Assembly (NCBI GenBank): GCA_028534125.1
Contig: CM052816.1
Location: 81,346,001 to 81,410,000, forward strand
Direction of reading: 5' to 3'
From: Lama glama
Lineage: Eukaryota
Length of the DNA stretch: 64,000 nt
Numbering within the stretch: the stretch's first letter is position 1; every line of letters begins with the position of its first letter. This document shows positions 1 through 13,549 of the stretch, piece after piece. The notes beneath the pieces are model-generated. The model searched no databases. It worked only from the letters and a program-made list of their open reading frames with translations, and was not told the DNA's origin. A program made the position numbers and the translations under genes.

Positions 1-504
1 GAAAAGTGCCTGACGCTTTGTGGGGGCTTCATACACGTAGGAATCAAGGAATGGGTGCGGGTGGGTGAAAGGGGCCGGGAAGAGGTATGTTAGAAAGGGG
101 TGTCCAACGCAATACTACACTTGGCATTCTTTTCTTCTTTCTCTCCTCCCTGTCTTTCCCGCTCCACTCTTTAGAGGCTAAGGACAAGAAGCGGGAATGC
201 TGGAAATAAGAATACAAATCAGTCCAGCTCAAATCCTGACGAAAAAGTGCACGGGCCAGAAGGACCAAAAGGTAAAGAACAAATGCACACGCAAAAGTGA
301 AAAGTAAGAAAAAAAGGTTGATGGACGTCGCTCTCTCCGGCCACTCTCCCTGATTGCCCCACTCCCGGCCGGGGGCAGGGGGGCTCGCCTTCGCTACCTC
401 TGCGGAGGAGGCCGGTCCCGCCTTTCCGGCAGGCCCCACCCCTCACCCCGGCAGCCTCGGCGGAGGCCTGGCACGCGCCCGCGGGAGCCGCGAAGGCGGC
501 GGGG

Positions 505-524
505 ACTACAGCTCCCAGGGTGCC
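505..524 (+). promoter_or_regulatory. ZNF143/THAP11-type motif (ACTACAnnTCCCA)
   Basis: ACTACAGCTCCCAGGGTGCC about 140 nt upstream of the ATG. Confidence 0.75.
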
Positions 525-534
525 AAGCGTGGGC

Positions 535-545
535 GCGCCTGCGCA
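535..545 (+). promoter_or_regulatory. NRF1 motif
   Basis: GCGCCTGCGCA in the CpG-island promoter. Confidence 0.65.
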
Positions 546-647
546 GTGCGGCGGGAGGCGGCGGTCTGTTCTCCGCTGAGGAGGAGCGGGGCAGAGGAGG
601 GAGGCAGCGGGTGAGAGTTCAGAGTTCAGCAGCAGCAGCCCGAGCCC

Positions 648-684
648 ATGATTCCCATATGCCCTGTAGTTTCTTTCACCTATG
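648..684 (+). CDS. ZFR: ZFR coding exon 1 ([12 protein letters not shown], phase 1 end)
   Basis: Matches recalled ZFR N-terminus; donor G|GTGAGT. Confidence 0.9.
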
Positions 685-975
685 GTGAGTATAATGTGTC
701 CCTCCAGGGTCCCCGCCCGACCCCTTCCCCGGCCCGGGCGGTGGGGAGACGCGGGGGTTGGGGCAGGCTCGGGGGAGGAGGCGGCGGCCGCCACCGGGGC
801 GTGCGAGTGAGTGAGGGAGTGCGAGGCGGGAGGGGGAGGCGGCGCGGCCGCGGCCCCGGCCGGGCGAGGGCGGCTTCTCACGGCGCCTCTCTTTTTCCCT
901 TTCCCTCCCTCGGCGTCTCTACCCCTCCGCGCCTCTCCTCCCGCCATGGGACCCGACTCTCCGTGCCCGCTGCAG

Positions 976-1075
976 TGCCCAGCCGGCTGGGGGAAGATGC
1001 CAAAATGGCGACCGGCAACTACTTTGGATTCACCCACAGCGGGGCGGCAGCGGCGGCGGCTGCGGCCCAGTATAG
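976..1075 (+). CDS. ZFR: ZFR exon 2 ([33 protein letters not shown])
   Basis: tgcag acceptor, AG|GTAACG donor, frame continuous. Confidence 0.95.
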
Positions 1076-4000
1076 GTAACGGCTCCCCGCCCTCTCCCTT
1101 CTCTCCCGTGCTCGCCCCTCAGCCCGGATCCCGCCGACGCGACGCCCCCGCGCCCGCCCCCGCCGGTCCCGAATCCTGGCCCGCGGTGGGCCGGGCCCCG
1201 CGGCCTCTCCGGCCCGCGGCGGACGGCGGCCCCGGTGGGGGCGGGAGCGAGAGATGGCCGAGGCTGGGGGTCGTGGAGGGCCGCTTGGGCCTTCGCCGGC
1301 CCCGCAGCTAAAATGGCCTCCCGCGGCCCCGGAGCGGAGCCTCCACCCCCGCCCGGCGGGTTGAGGGAGGGAGCGAGCCGAGGCCGCGGCCCCCGCGGTC
1401 CCCCCCCCCCACCCCAGGCCCGCCCGGCCAGTCCCCACCTCTGATCCCCTCCCACTTGGGGATGGAGAGGGTGGGCGAGTACACCTCGCGGGGAGTGCCG
1501 AGTCGCACCGCCCACCGGCCTTCTCCGCGCCGCCTCCGCGCACCAGTCCTCGGACGGTGCTCGGCCCCCGGAGCAGATCCCTTGTCGTTCTCTCGGGTGC
1601 TTTCCCCCTCCATCCTGTGGCCTCCCCTGACCCTCCACCCGAGCCCCGGGAACAAACTGCGGATGTCACTGCATTCATTTGGTTCCTTTAGTTTTTCCTT
1701 CAAAGAGAGAGGTAAACATACCAACCACCTGTGAATGGTGTAGTTGGTAGACTGAAAAAGATGGGCGAAGTTTCTCGTGCTGATGAGTCCACAGCCTTGT
1801 TCTAGCTATTGAGTTTAGGCTCCGGGTGGGCCAATAATTCCCCTTGGCTGGTCTTTCCCCTGTGGGGAAAAGAAAAATGCAAGTGAGATATTGTCTTAAG
1901 TGAAACAAGCCATATGAAATCTCTACCTTAAGGGAAGCTCTAATTTCTGAAGTGTCTGTAAGTTCATTATACATCTTATCAAAAGAAAGAAAGACGCTAG
2001 ATTTTGTTGTTTTTGTTGCTTTTGAGTCAGTCTGAGACAGTCTCTTCAGATTGAGGCCATAAGCGTACAGGACAGGACCCCTAAGTGATCATCTTTTTTT
2101 TTTTTAAGTGTGTACCAGGTAAATTAGCTGTTGGTTAAACCTATGTAGTTTTCTTACCTCATTCACTTCAGGCGGCAGGTTGTCTAATGGAAAGGACACC
2201 GTTGGGAAATAGAAAACCTGGGTTCTAGTCTTTTTTGCTCCTGCTTTTATGACATTGGGACATCACTTGTTTGGGCTTTCATTTTCCTCATCTGTAAAAT
2301 TGGAATTTCTTTTTGGGTTAAAACTTGTAATTCTGAGGAACAGAGTTGCCATATTTCATGGAATTACAAGATGCCGTTTATCGTAAGAGGTATCATTTTG
2401 TGTTATGGCTGAAAAAAATCACTACCAGTTAAAATATGACTCAATGCTTAAGACTCTATTGAATTTTAAGAGATGTTAACGTGTATAAATATGTGTTTTG
2501 TTGATGAAATTGGTATTTTACTAATTGTTGAATGCCTTGAATGCATGTGGCATTTATTACAAGTCTCTTTTACTTTAAAGCTTATTTCCAGAAAAAGGAC
2601 TGAGGTGACAAATTATTGGGGCAAAACCTTGGGGTTTTTCAAGTATTAAAAAATTCTTTGTTTAGAAGTTGTGATAACGGAACAACCAACAAAGTATCAG
2701 CTGCTTTGATAAAGAGCTAATAATTTTCGTGAAGAGAGAAAAAAATCAAGTCATTTTCTTTTTCTGGGAAACGAGATAGCTAATCAACATCTGTGCCATA
2801 AATCTACTGCTACCGAGTACTGTGTGTTCTAGACAAGGCTGTATTTAACCATTTAATCTTTTATTGTTTTACATAGTATTTTTCTGTTATTGTGGGCAGA
2901 GTGGTAGATTTGTTGGATTAATTGTTTACTGAAAATGTAGTGGGTTTGTTCTTTGTGGCATTTTTGGGGTATTTTTTTCTAACGAAAACCTGTAGATAGA
3001 AATGAGGGGAGGAAATGCTCATTGAAGATACTTAATCATTCTTTGATAAGATACTTGCATATATGTGTTTTATCCCAATATAGGAAACCATTACAGAATT
3101 TCTGTAGTTTTTCTTTGGCTTTGAATTTCAAATTATCAGTAAACTGTAACAGCAGTCCAAAGTATTAAGTTATTATGTGTGTGTCTAATGAGAAAAGACT
3201 AGTCTTTTGTCATTATTATGTATAAATATTGGCAAAACTAACTGTTAAGATGATCTGTCCTTGTATATAACATAGTACATGAAAATTGTTTGCTTTTAAT
3301 GGAAAGAAATCAGACCCAATACTAATATTTTGGCTAAAGAAGATGAACAAATGGCAGTAACAGTGAAAACATATGCAAAAAAATGCTCATCTTTCTTCCA
3401 GTCTAGGAATCATTAAAATGTAACGTTTTTAGGTATGGAACACCAGGGTTTACTTTGCAAGTTTTTTTTTTTATTTGAAGAATGTAAATTCAAGGAAATC
3501 TTAAGTATTTACATGTGGATTATGTGAATAGTTGCTTCATTTGTCACTGAGTGCGGAGATAACTGAAAATAACTATCCTAGCCTAGATTTAATTCTGATT
3601 CTTAGTTTTCTTTGTTACAGCTATGTAAGGTATTTGATTAAATTTCTTTTAAATTTAGACTTCTTTTTGCTTGTTAATATTTGAGATTTATAGTGGCATA
3701 CTAAATATCAAAGTTCTTTAAGAGATGTTATAAAGATCTCAAGTTCTGCTACTAATAAGTTTTAGATAAACCAAAGTTTTAATTTGTATAATACATATTA
3801 AATATTTTTGTGGTTAGCATTTACACAGTCCTTATACTACACATTCCATCAGCTACTGAATGTTTTTCTTTGTGTTTTTTTAAGGCAAGTAAATAAACCT
3901 GTTATGTCATTTGCCACTCTTGCAAATGTAATCTTTTCATTTACTTACCTTTCATGTGTTTTTTTCCTCTTGGAAATGAAATCAAAAAATTTTTCAGTAT

Positions 4001-4551
4001 TAATTACTGTGTTTTTTATATATGTTTCTGATATAATGTTAATTTGGGGTGCACAGGACAAAGCAGATCTCAAGCATGATGAAAAAAGTAGGAATGGCTT
4101 CATAACAGAAAGGGAATTTAGTGGATAAGTATCTACTTCAGTAAGGTACCTTTTTTGTTTAAGAAGATATACTTAAAAACTTTTAGGCAGACATCTAATT
4201 TTATAATAAATCTTGGAAATAACTAGCCTAACAGTTGTAAGGACTTAGGGTAGGAAAGAATGTGAGAAAGATAATTCTCAGTAGAAAAAACTTTTTAATT
4301 TATAGTTTCATAGGTTCGAATCATGTTTTTCCTCTCCATTGGCAGTTATACAGAAATTCTCATAGGTGTTCTGTTTTTGAAGGGGATTTGTGACATAAAC
4401 AGATACACTATCTATATGTAATATAAGTAAACTAAAGTAATCCCACTATTTTCCACTATTAATAGGACATAACCATTTCTATGAGAATTTTAAATAGCCA
4501 GTTTTTCTTATTCTTTAGAAAAGCCTTGGACACACCAGTTCCTTGTCACTA

Positions 4552-4696
4552 TTTTTTTTTTTTTCAATTTGCTTTTTCGGGGGAGGAAGTCATTAGGTTT
4601 ACTTGTTTTTTTTTTTAGAGGAGGTACTGGGAATTGAACCCAGGACCTTGTGTATGCTAAGCATGCACTCTACCACTTGAGCTATTCCCTCCCCCC
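4552..4696 (-). mobile_element. tRNA-derived SINE (camelid Vic-1 type)
   Basis: Minus strand reads GGGGAGGGAATAGCTCAAGTGGTAGAG...GGTTCAATTCCC (A and B boxes) with an A-rich tail; imperfect TSD cttgtcac. Confidence 0.88.
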
Positions 4697-5889
4697 TTCT
4701 TGTCACCTTTTTATCTACTAAAGATACTTGTCTATTACCTGCATAACCTAAATCTTTAGCTTTTGCTTAAATTAATTTTCTTTGTTTTATCTATAATTCT
4801 TAGTGTATCATTGATATCTGACTATTATTCTACCTTCAATAAAGTTAGCTATTAAAAATAATCATTTGGTAACTTTTTTTTTTTTTTTTTTACTTTTAAT
4901 ACCTAGAACTTAATTGAGTTCAAAAGACTTTAGGAATGATTGTATAAGGGTGCAAAGTAATTACTTTACCCCCATATTTTTAGAGACTTAGCACATGTTG
5001 TTGAATAATGTTTAAGTGAATTGTGATGTCTGGACATTAGTTTAAATTAAACATCTGCCAGACAAAAGAAGGCATCTCATCTAATGATTCTTGAGATGTC
5101 TTTGGGATATCTGTTCCTAAGGATAAGTATCTCTTCGTATCACTAAGGTAACTTGGGTAGGCTGATTAGCCAGCAAATTTTCCTTTTTTTTTCTTTTCTT
5201 TTTTACTTTTCATTTGAATGTAGAGTTAAGAATATTGTGTCTTGAAGGGAAGAGTAAAAGTAACACTAGTAAGGTAGAAAGAAGTAGTCACTGAGATGGT
5301 GAAAAGACCAGGTAAACAGGTTTTTGAAATCAGTCTTGGTGATGGAAATTTACTGGTTCTACCAAAAAAAATTTTTTACTGCAACTGCTAATTATATCAG
5401 CTATTCCATTGTTGAATCAGAGAACCTAGGATTCATACTGCATGAATGAATTTGAAATAATGAAAATTTTCTTTCCAAAAGGATTACTGCTGTTATTGTG
5501 ATATTTTCTGTATGTGTTATCAATAGCTTTAAGAGGGGGGTGAGCCAAAGTAGCCCTGTGTCAACCGTTTAAGATGTATACTTGACTGTGCTTTTGTAAT
5601 CTGCCTTACAATAAACTAAATGGAAAGGGCATGAGCTACTCAGACTATCCCTTCAGAAGCTTGGCCAGGTCACTTACATCTTTCTACGACTCAAGTTTCC
5701 TCACCTATCTTGTTCTGAGGTGAAGATTAAATATAAAACTTCCTAGTCTAGTGCCTGATTTTCAGTAGGCATTTTACGAATACTTGTTTTTCCATAGAAA
5801 TTTGAATAAAATACTATAAGGATTTTTAAAGATATCCTTAGTTGGTGTCTATCATATACTTAATATATAGAGTTTCATAATCTCAAAAG

Positions 5890-6570
5890 TAAAATGTTTT
5901 TAAAGTAGGTACTTGGGTATCAATTGGTAGGCCTCAGTTTCAGTATCAATAAACATGGAAGGACATTTTTTATTACTTGAAAGCAACGTAATTATAATCA
6001 GTAGGCAAATATGAGAAAAATAAGAATTCAGTAAATCTCCTGGGTCTGAGATCAGGAAAATACCAGTACATTATTCTTTCAGCAATGTTGAGTTAGATTA
6101 TTAAATTTGAAACAATTCTTTATGTATAGCCACAAGACCTATTAAGTACGTAGGAATAGAACTGATGAGATATGCAAAACACTTTAAGGAAGAAATATAA
6201 CAGACTATAAAGACCGTAAAAGAAGACAAATAAATGAAGGTGGGCTGTGTTCATGGAGTGGAAAAAAATCAATACTATCAAGTTACCAGTTTTCTCCTAG
6301 GTAATCTATATATTTAATGTAATTCCAGTAAAAATCTCAGCAGGCTTTTGGGGGTAACTTGGTAAAGGAATTCTAATGTTGATAGTGAAAAAAGTATTTG
6401 TCCAAAAGTAATCGCAACAGTCTTGTAAGATACCATAAGGAAGGTCTTGTATTAGCAGGTACCAAAACTTTATTAAACAGGAAAATGTGTTGTTGGTAGA
6501 GGGATAGACAAATAGATCATTGGCTTAAAATAGGTATCCCAGAAATAAAGGTATGTTTATGGGCAGCTGG
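5890..6570 (+). mobile_element. Old degenerate L1 ORF2 fragment
   Basis: Decayed L1 ORF2 motifs such as tgttcatggagtggaa and aatctatatatttaatgtaattcc; boundaries approximate. Confidence 0.7.
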
Positions 6571-9087
6571 ATTAGAATATATAGCTGTTTAAGTAGAGGT
6601 ATTTGTCAAAAAAAAAAAAAAAACAAGCAAATCAACCAGTGAATATTCAGAAATACGCTATCAGGATAATCAGAAGACAGTCCTTGGGCTTATAAGTGTA
6701 GTAATTCACAAAGTATATTAGAATTAGATAAAAGATGAGGAGTGCACCTACTACTGTGCTTGTCCATATATTGTCCTTGGCATCACTCCTATCAGAATTA
6801 GAGTCATTGTTCTGAGTATGACATTTCTTAGTGTTTTATGAAAGCAATGCAGCTCTTAGTTCATCCTTACTAAGAGCAAATTAACAAAGAACATGGGGCT
6901 TTTTTTGGTTTTAATATTCTCTGCTTGTGTAATATGTATCTTAAAACACATTTGTTGGAAATAACTGAAATAATATTTAATGAATACCTACAGTATGCAT
7001 AGTCCCTGCTCTCATAGTCCCCTACACTTCTAGGGGATGAGAGTAGGGGCAGAAAAACCTACAAGGAACTATGCCATGATAATTATAACTGAGTTTTAAT
7101 GAAATGCTAAAATGAGGACTTGGAGGATTCTGACTATGGAGTCTGAGGTATGCTTCATGGTCTTCATCTCTCTCTCTCTTTTTTTTTTTTTTAATTTTAT
7201 TAGGCTTCATGGTCTTTAATTCTGAAAATCAAGAGAAGGTCATTTTAAACAAAATTTTAAGCCAAGACAGTAATGAATGAATTGCTTGATATGATTGATG
7301 GTGGGTTCTGAAGTCAGGCTACATGAGCTGAATCCTGGCTCCCTCTACTGCTTGCCATGTGACATTAGGCAGTCTTTTGGTACTTAAGTTTCTTTGTCTA
7401 TAAACTAGATACCTCATAGGATTGAAACTTTAAAAAAAGATCTCTGTTGAAGTATAGTATATATAAAAAGAACTGCACATACAAGAGTGTAGCTTGATGA
7501 AACGCCATAAACTGAGTACACCTGTATAACCAGCACCCAGGTCAAAAAAACAGAACTTTATCAGCATCCCAGGAGGCCTCTCCATGCTCCATTGTGCTTT
7601 GAGAATTCAATGAGATAATATTTTTAAAGTGCTCAGAGCAGTCCCTGGCATACAGGTGTTACATTGCCATCAATATTAGCTGTTATATTCAGTAGCATTT
7701 GGAAATGGAACTCAAAAAGGGATCAGGATTGTAAATCTGGATGTCATCAATGTGCTGGTGATCCACCATTATAGCTGTGAGTTTGGATGAAAGCAGAGAA
7801 GGTACAGTGCCTGGCATACATCATTTAGTGAACATTGTTTTGAATGAATGAAAGGAAAATAGGAAGAATAGAGCTATAGTTACAAATTTGGAGACCATCT
7901 GTGTTTAAGGTAGAGCCAGTGAAAGAGACATCCTGGGCGGGGGTTTGGGGGGTGGGCAGAAAGCTGGGAGCATGTTGTGCCATAAAAACCAAAAGAAGAT
8001 AGGCCAGATAAAGGTTTAATAGTTATCAAATCATTGTTACAATTTTAATGGACAACCAAGGAATCTGATCATTTGGAGCTACAGAAAGACTAGCATAAAA
8101 TTTTGCATAAAATAGGTTTTGTAGTCTAATTTTGTATTCAAGTAAATTCTTGCAGATCCTAAAGATTAAGTGGGCTTAATGTATTTGGAAGCACTGTGTT
8201 TGGAGGTCGATTGAATGAAAATAAAATTTTTAGTTCATTTTTTAGTTCTGGGAAGAGATATATAAAATGCATTATATTGGTATAGTAGTCAGCATTAAAT
8301 GGGCAGAGAAGTTCCTTGAAAAGAGATTTAAAGAAGTCTGACACTCTTGATAGAAAAAACAGTAAGAAAGGCTTTTAAACAAAACACATAGATGAGGGCA
8401 AATAATATGATTTATAAAGATGGGCTTATTGCTTCTCTCAGTCCATACCATCCCAAACCTTTTTTTTTTTTTTACTATTAGAATGGTTACTATAAAATGT
8501 AAATTTAATCACAATACTTTTCTGCTTAAAATCCTTCATTTGCTATCCATTACTTTCAGAATATCTGGTTATGCTAACTTTATGTTTAGAGAATTTGGGG
8601 ATCTTATTGTACAGGCTTATAATTTCTTATCCACATTTATGAAATCCAAAAACTTCTGTAAACACCGCTAGTAAGTTTGTAAAAAAAAACAAAACTTGAC
8701 AGTAAAAACTATTAAGTCGGGGGGAGGCTGTTTTTAGTTCTTTTTTCATCACAGTGTCAACATTCATACCTTTCTGGAAGAAGTGTTAATGTGTTTGTGA
8801 TATAATGAAGGATATGTTCCTCTTGAGTACAGAAAGGTATAGAGCACTTTGGTTTAATTAATTTATGGTGTCCATCAGCTTTAATTGTACCCAGTAATTT
8901 GTTTCTTTTTTGAGTAATTCTGTTTACAGGTAGTTACAAGGATTGATAACTGCATTGTTTTTTTTTCCTTAGAGGTCTTCCAAAGAAAACGGCTTACTTT
9001 TTTTTAATGGAATGAAATTTATTTTATCTTGAAATTACCACGTGGAACCACTTGATCTTTTGTCTAAGTCTGAGATTTAGAGTATGG

Positions 9088-10315
9088 AATCTTAGGGATC
9101 TTAGTGATCTTACGTTTCTGTATCTTAAAACATTTTGCTGTTTCATCAACCTAGGGATTATTTCCTTTTTACTTATCACTTACTCCCAACTATGCTAAAA
9201 AGACCAAGACAGTAGGAAAATGGTGTTGGAATCACCTAGGAGGATGGTGCAATAATGAAATAACTAGAGGATATTGCATTGCCCAAAGTATTGCATCATC
9301 TTTCAAGGAGGTATGAAAGAAAGGAGGGGCACTACCTTTAATAGTTGGCTCTTAATTTTCCTTCAACACAGTAGAGGAGTCAAAATTATTCATTCCTCAT
9401 TCATACTGGCAAAGAAAAGAAAGTTAACACAAGAAGATATTTGACAATTATTAGATAAATAAGATGAATGCAAAAACAGCACCACTCTAGACAAATGATA
9501 ATGGTGGAATTGATTGTGTAAGCAAAATCTCAGACTGAGTCTTCAAATACAGTGTCCTAGATTACTTTTTTCAAACTGAAGAATCAATGAGTGAACAACA
9601 TACTTCTAAGGCTATAAAAGGAAATAAGGTATTCTTACCTAGTTAATAGGAAGGACTTCATTATGTAATAGTCTGTGACAAAATCCAGAACATCTCATTT
9701 TGCTAGAAGTATATATAGCAGAATTCTTTCATTTTTTGTGATGTTTGTACAATAAAATTTACTCAGTATGATTCATTAGTGGACAAATGTTTAAGACAGA
9801 TATATATACAGAGGTAACTGGAAAGAAATAGATGGTGTAGAAATTAAAACATTAATTAGATCATTCCAAAACAAAAAAATTGATAATGTTTGGCAATTAA
9901 TAGAACAAAGATGACCATCTCTCTTCAACAAAATATGAGCCATCAAATGTTTCAAAACTTTTTAAGCATTGCAATTTGACAATTCAGGTGTAGGAAGAAG
10001 AACCAGAAGTAATGATGAGTTATTAGAGAAGTATTTGAAATGTGAAATCAGCAGTTATGTGATGGACATATTCCAGGTTCATGCATGAAAGTTGGTGAGA
10101 ACATGATCCATTTTGTGTGTATCTGGAATAAAAGTTTGGGTTTTACTATATCTTAATTCTTATTTAAAATTTTCTAATACTTGTTTTTTTATCAATCCCT
10201 TATTCTTACATAAATTGTCAGATGACTTCAAAAATATAGAAGATGTAAGAGATCCAATGGACCCAAATGATAAATGATAATGGCTATTTCTCTTGGCATA
10301 TTGAGTGTGAAAGGT
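9088..10315 (+). mobile_element. piggyBac-family fossil (Looper-like)
   Basis: 9935-10100 reads as a frameshifted piggyBac transposase segment (MS..F......FD...R....D....IREVFE......Y.PG....V.E); boundaries approximate. Confidence 0.65.
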
Positions 10316-10999
10316 CCCAAGAAAACTGTTAACAGTTTTCGTGTGGCATTTAACCACTCCCCTCCCTGTAGTCTACCAGTCTAGTGAGTTGATACAAATT
10401 GTAGGATTGGTTATTTTATTCTAGTTTTTGAGAAGAAATTGAGGCTTGAATTTAAACACCTTAAAATTCTATAATGATGCAGTTATTGTTTTAATAGCAT
10501 TGTGAAAAATGGGAGCATGACATTTTTACAATATCAAGTATACAGAATACTTAAAGGTGGTTTGTCTTTGGGGTGATTTCTGTGAGAAAGTTTAATTTTG
10601 CATCATTTTCAACATAATATATTAAGTCTAATTTAAAGAAGTTAAATTTGTTAGTAATTTTGTAGATATGTAAAGTGCTATAATTTGACCTAGAAATATC
10701 CAACGGTGTTGAGCATTAAATTTGGCTGAATGGAAAGTTCAAATTGTTTTGTGTGCCAGGAGAAAGAAAGAAAAAAAAGTTTTATCTGTCAATTACTTCA
10801 CATTTTATCTAAAACGGAAACAAATGCACACATACACAGTATGTTTTCTAAGGGAAAAAAGCACATCTAATCTAAGTGACAGAAGCTGTCTACATTTTTT
10901 GGATTGAGACTTTTTTCCCTCATTCCCTTTTCAAGGTCAGAAAGTAAACATTCTGCATCTGTCCTATAGTGATTCCTCTGGAAATTTAGTATGAATATT

Positions 11000-12330
11000 T
11001 CATTTAGACTAAGATTAATCATTATCTTTACTCTCCTAAACAGTACCAGAACTTAAAATGCTTTAACTTTGATTAGTCCCCTCATGATTTTTGTACTGTT
11101 GTTGTACTATATGTTAGATTTTTTTTAACCCCACATTGTTGAACACGATTATTATTTAATATAGCCAGTGATTATTTAAATTTGCCTGTATGTTTACCAC
11201 TTTTTTTTTTTGCTTAACATTCATTCATTCTGAGATCATTTTCATTCTTCCTAGAGTAAATCTTTGAGAATGTTCTTTAATGTGGATATATTAATTAATA
11301 GCAGTTTTATGTTTGTTTTAATCTCCAGATATCTTCAATTCACCCTTTTTGTTATTGAGAAGTCATCACTTGGTCTCTGTAGGGAATTTTTTTCCTCAAG
11401 CTCCTTGTATTTCTGTCTTTGGTGTTTACAGTTTCACTTAGAATCATCTTGGTGAGAATTCCTTATTTAATCCTACCTAGTTGGGGTTTGTCGGGGCTCC
11501 TGGATCTGAAGATAGGTATGTTTCATTAGTTCTGGAAAATCTCAGACATTCTATTTAAGTGTTTCCTTTCTCCCATTCTTTTTCTTCATTTGCAACTCCA
11601 GTGAGTTTTAAGTTAACATTTTTTATTCTTTCCTCCTGGTCTTTTAATCTCTTTAGTATCATTTATGTCTTTGTGTGCATTCTGGGTAATTTTTAAAGTA
11701 ATCCTTTCTTGAGTTTCTGATTATAATTTTCATATGTTGTGTTTCATTTCTGGAAGTTCTGTTTGGCTCTTTTAAAAATTCATCTGGTTAATGGTTGTTT
11801 TTGATTGCTTAGTCTTTGGTCTTGGTTTTGATTATCTCTTACTTTAAGTGTACTTATTTTATATTTTGTATCCAATTATTCTAAAATTTGTAGTCTTTAA
11901 AAATTTTTTTTTAATTCTGCAAACCTTTGCTCATAGTAACTTCTGTCCTTATGGGTTTTATTGTGATTTTTTTATTGAGATCTCCTGTTTCTTAGAACAT
12001 TGTAGCATTTCAAGAGGAGTGTGCATTTTGGGATACCTGGAAGCATCAGCCCAGAAATGTAATAAATTACTTAGCTTGGTGTTTTCTCCTGGTCAGAAAA
12101 TGTGAATTTCAGAGCCCAAGCTAGGAGAATGCTGGCTTGTGGTTAAGAATTGTGAGGGGAGACTTCTCTCCTTTACCCAGAGCCAAGGCTGAGACAGTAA
12201 GATTTCCTTACAGTTCTTCCTTAAAGGGGGAAGTGAGGTTTTTCCTAATTCACCTTCTGTTGGTTTCTTGTGGAAGTTCCAAAGTTCTAAGCCATTGCTT
12301 CCCAACGCCTTTCATGTCTCTGCTAACACA
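11000..12330 (-). mobile_element. Ancient L1M-type fragments
   Basis: T-rich decayed antisense L1 sequence, e.g. ttcattagttctggaaaatctcag; approximate. Confidence 0.5.
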
Positions 12331-12584
12331 GAAAATGATATTTGTAGAGCAGCACACTGGATAAACTAGGAGATTTGGAGCCCTAGATAAGAATACTACA
12401 GCTGTAGGCAACAGACCTGGGGCTCTGGCCATTCATGCACTGCTCATTTTACCTGAGAACAAGTACTGTTCTCTGTTACAAGATAGGAGGGGACATTTTG
12501 CTTAAAGGTGTAGTAAGTAAAGAGCAGGAAAATGAATGGTTAATACCATCACAGACTCTAAGTTAATGCTCTGTATCATAAAAT

Positions 12585-13023
12585 GGTCATTCTCAAACTT
12601 TGGTTTGAGGCCCTCCTAATCTCTAATTACTGAAAACCCCAAAGAACTTTTGTTTATGTGGGTTATATTAGTATTTACCATACAAGAAAATTTTAAAATA
12701 TTTTATTAAATCATTTAAAAAATAGCAGTAAAACCACAAGCTAACCAAAAATATCCTTATGAAAAAATAACTATATTCCTATCCCTCAAAAAATAGATGA
12801 GAAGCACTGTTTTACATTTCTGCAAACTTTATGGTATCTCAGTTAAAATGATTGGATTCTCAGATCTGCTTCTGCATTCAGTCTGTTGCAGTACATTGTA
12901 TAGATATAAAATACATAAAGGCAATCTATAATTAATAAAAAAGGGAGAACCAACCTTCTGGACCCTCTGAAAGGATCTTTAGGGACCCTTAGCGGTCCTT
13001 GGATCACATTTTGAGAACCATTG
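12585..13023 (+). mobile_element. hAT-Charlie non-autonomous element (MER119-like)
   Basis: Termini ttctcaaa...tttgagaacca; internal ccccaaagaacttttgtttatgtgggttata; paralogous to 38277-38818. Confidence 0.75.
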
Positions 13024-13114
13024 TTATATAGAAATTACAAGAGGTATAGAAATGTTTTCCCTGTTACCAGGCGTCACTTACATAGACAAGACGTTTGTAC
13101 ATGTAAGTTATTTT

Positions 13115-13268
13115 TTTCTTCTTCTTCTTTTTTTTTTTTTTTACATTTTTATTGATTCATAATCATTTTACAGTGTTGTGTCAAATTCCAGTGTTCAGTA
13201 CAATTTTTCAGTCATACATGGACATATACACACTCATTGTCACATTTTTTTCTCTGTGATTTATCATA
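13115..13268 (-). mobile_element. Short L1 3'-end insertion with poly(A)
   Basis: Homologous to the 3' terminus of the L1 at 54619; 16 bp TSD ACATGTAAGTTATTTT at 13099-13114 and 13269-13284. Confidence 0.88.
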
Positions 13269-13549
13269 ACATGTAAGTTATTTTGATTTCAGTAGTGACT
13301 GTAAATTTAGTAGTGTTAACGTAAAGCCAAGTCATATTGATGAAATTTGAAAGGACTTGAGGATGGGTGTAGATTTGGGTATAGGTTAGGATTAAGGCCA
13401 GAAATGTAGAAATTAGAGTCAAGTTGGAATAACTAGAAAGGAGTATTTAAAATTTGGAGTTGGTTTTTTAGTCATTCAGGTTGCCAGGCTGAGAATTCTG
13501 GTATCTTTATGCTTCCCCTCCTAACACCCCAGTAATGCATGATTTAATT

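Larger units (their letters stand above)
300..1660. promoter_or_regulatory. CpG island / ZFR promoter spanning exon 1, intron 1 and exon 2
   Basis: Very high GC and CpG density compared with the AT-rich, CpG-poor remainder; surrounds the first ATG; boundaries approximate. Confidence 0.92.

Noticed and set aside
44..1734. Many overlapping long ORFs on both strands
   Set aside because: Expected in a GC-rich CpG island; low-complexity G/P/R/A peptides with no recognisable domain
4620..4696. tRNA-like sequence (also near 21070, 36190 and 62510)
   Set aside because: SINE heads with tails, TSDs and divergence; not tRNA genes
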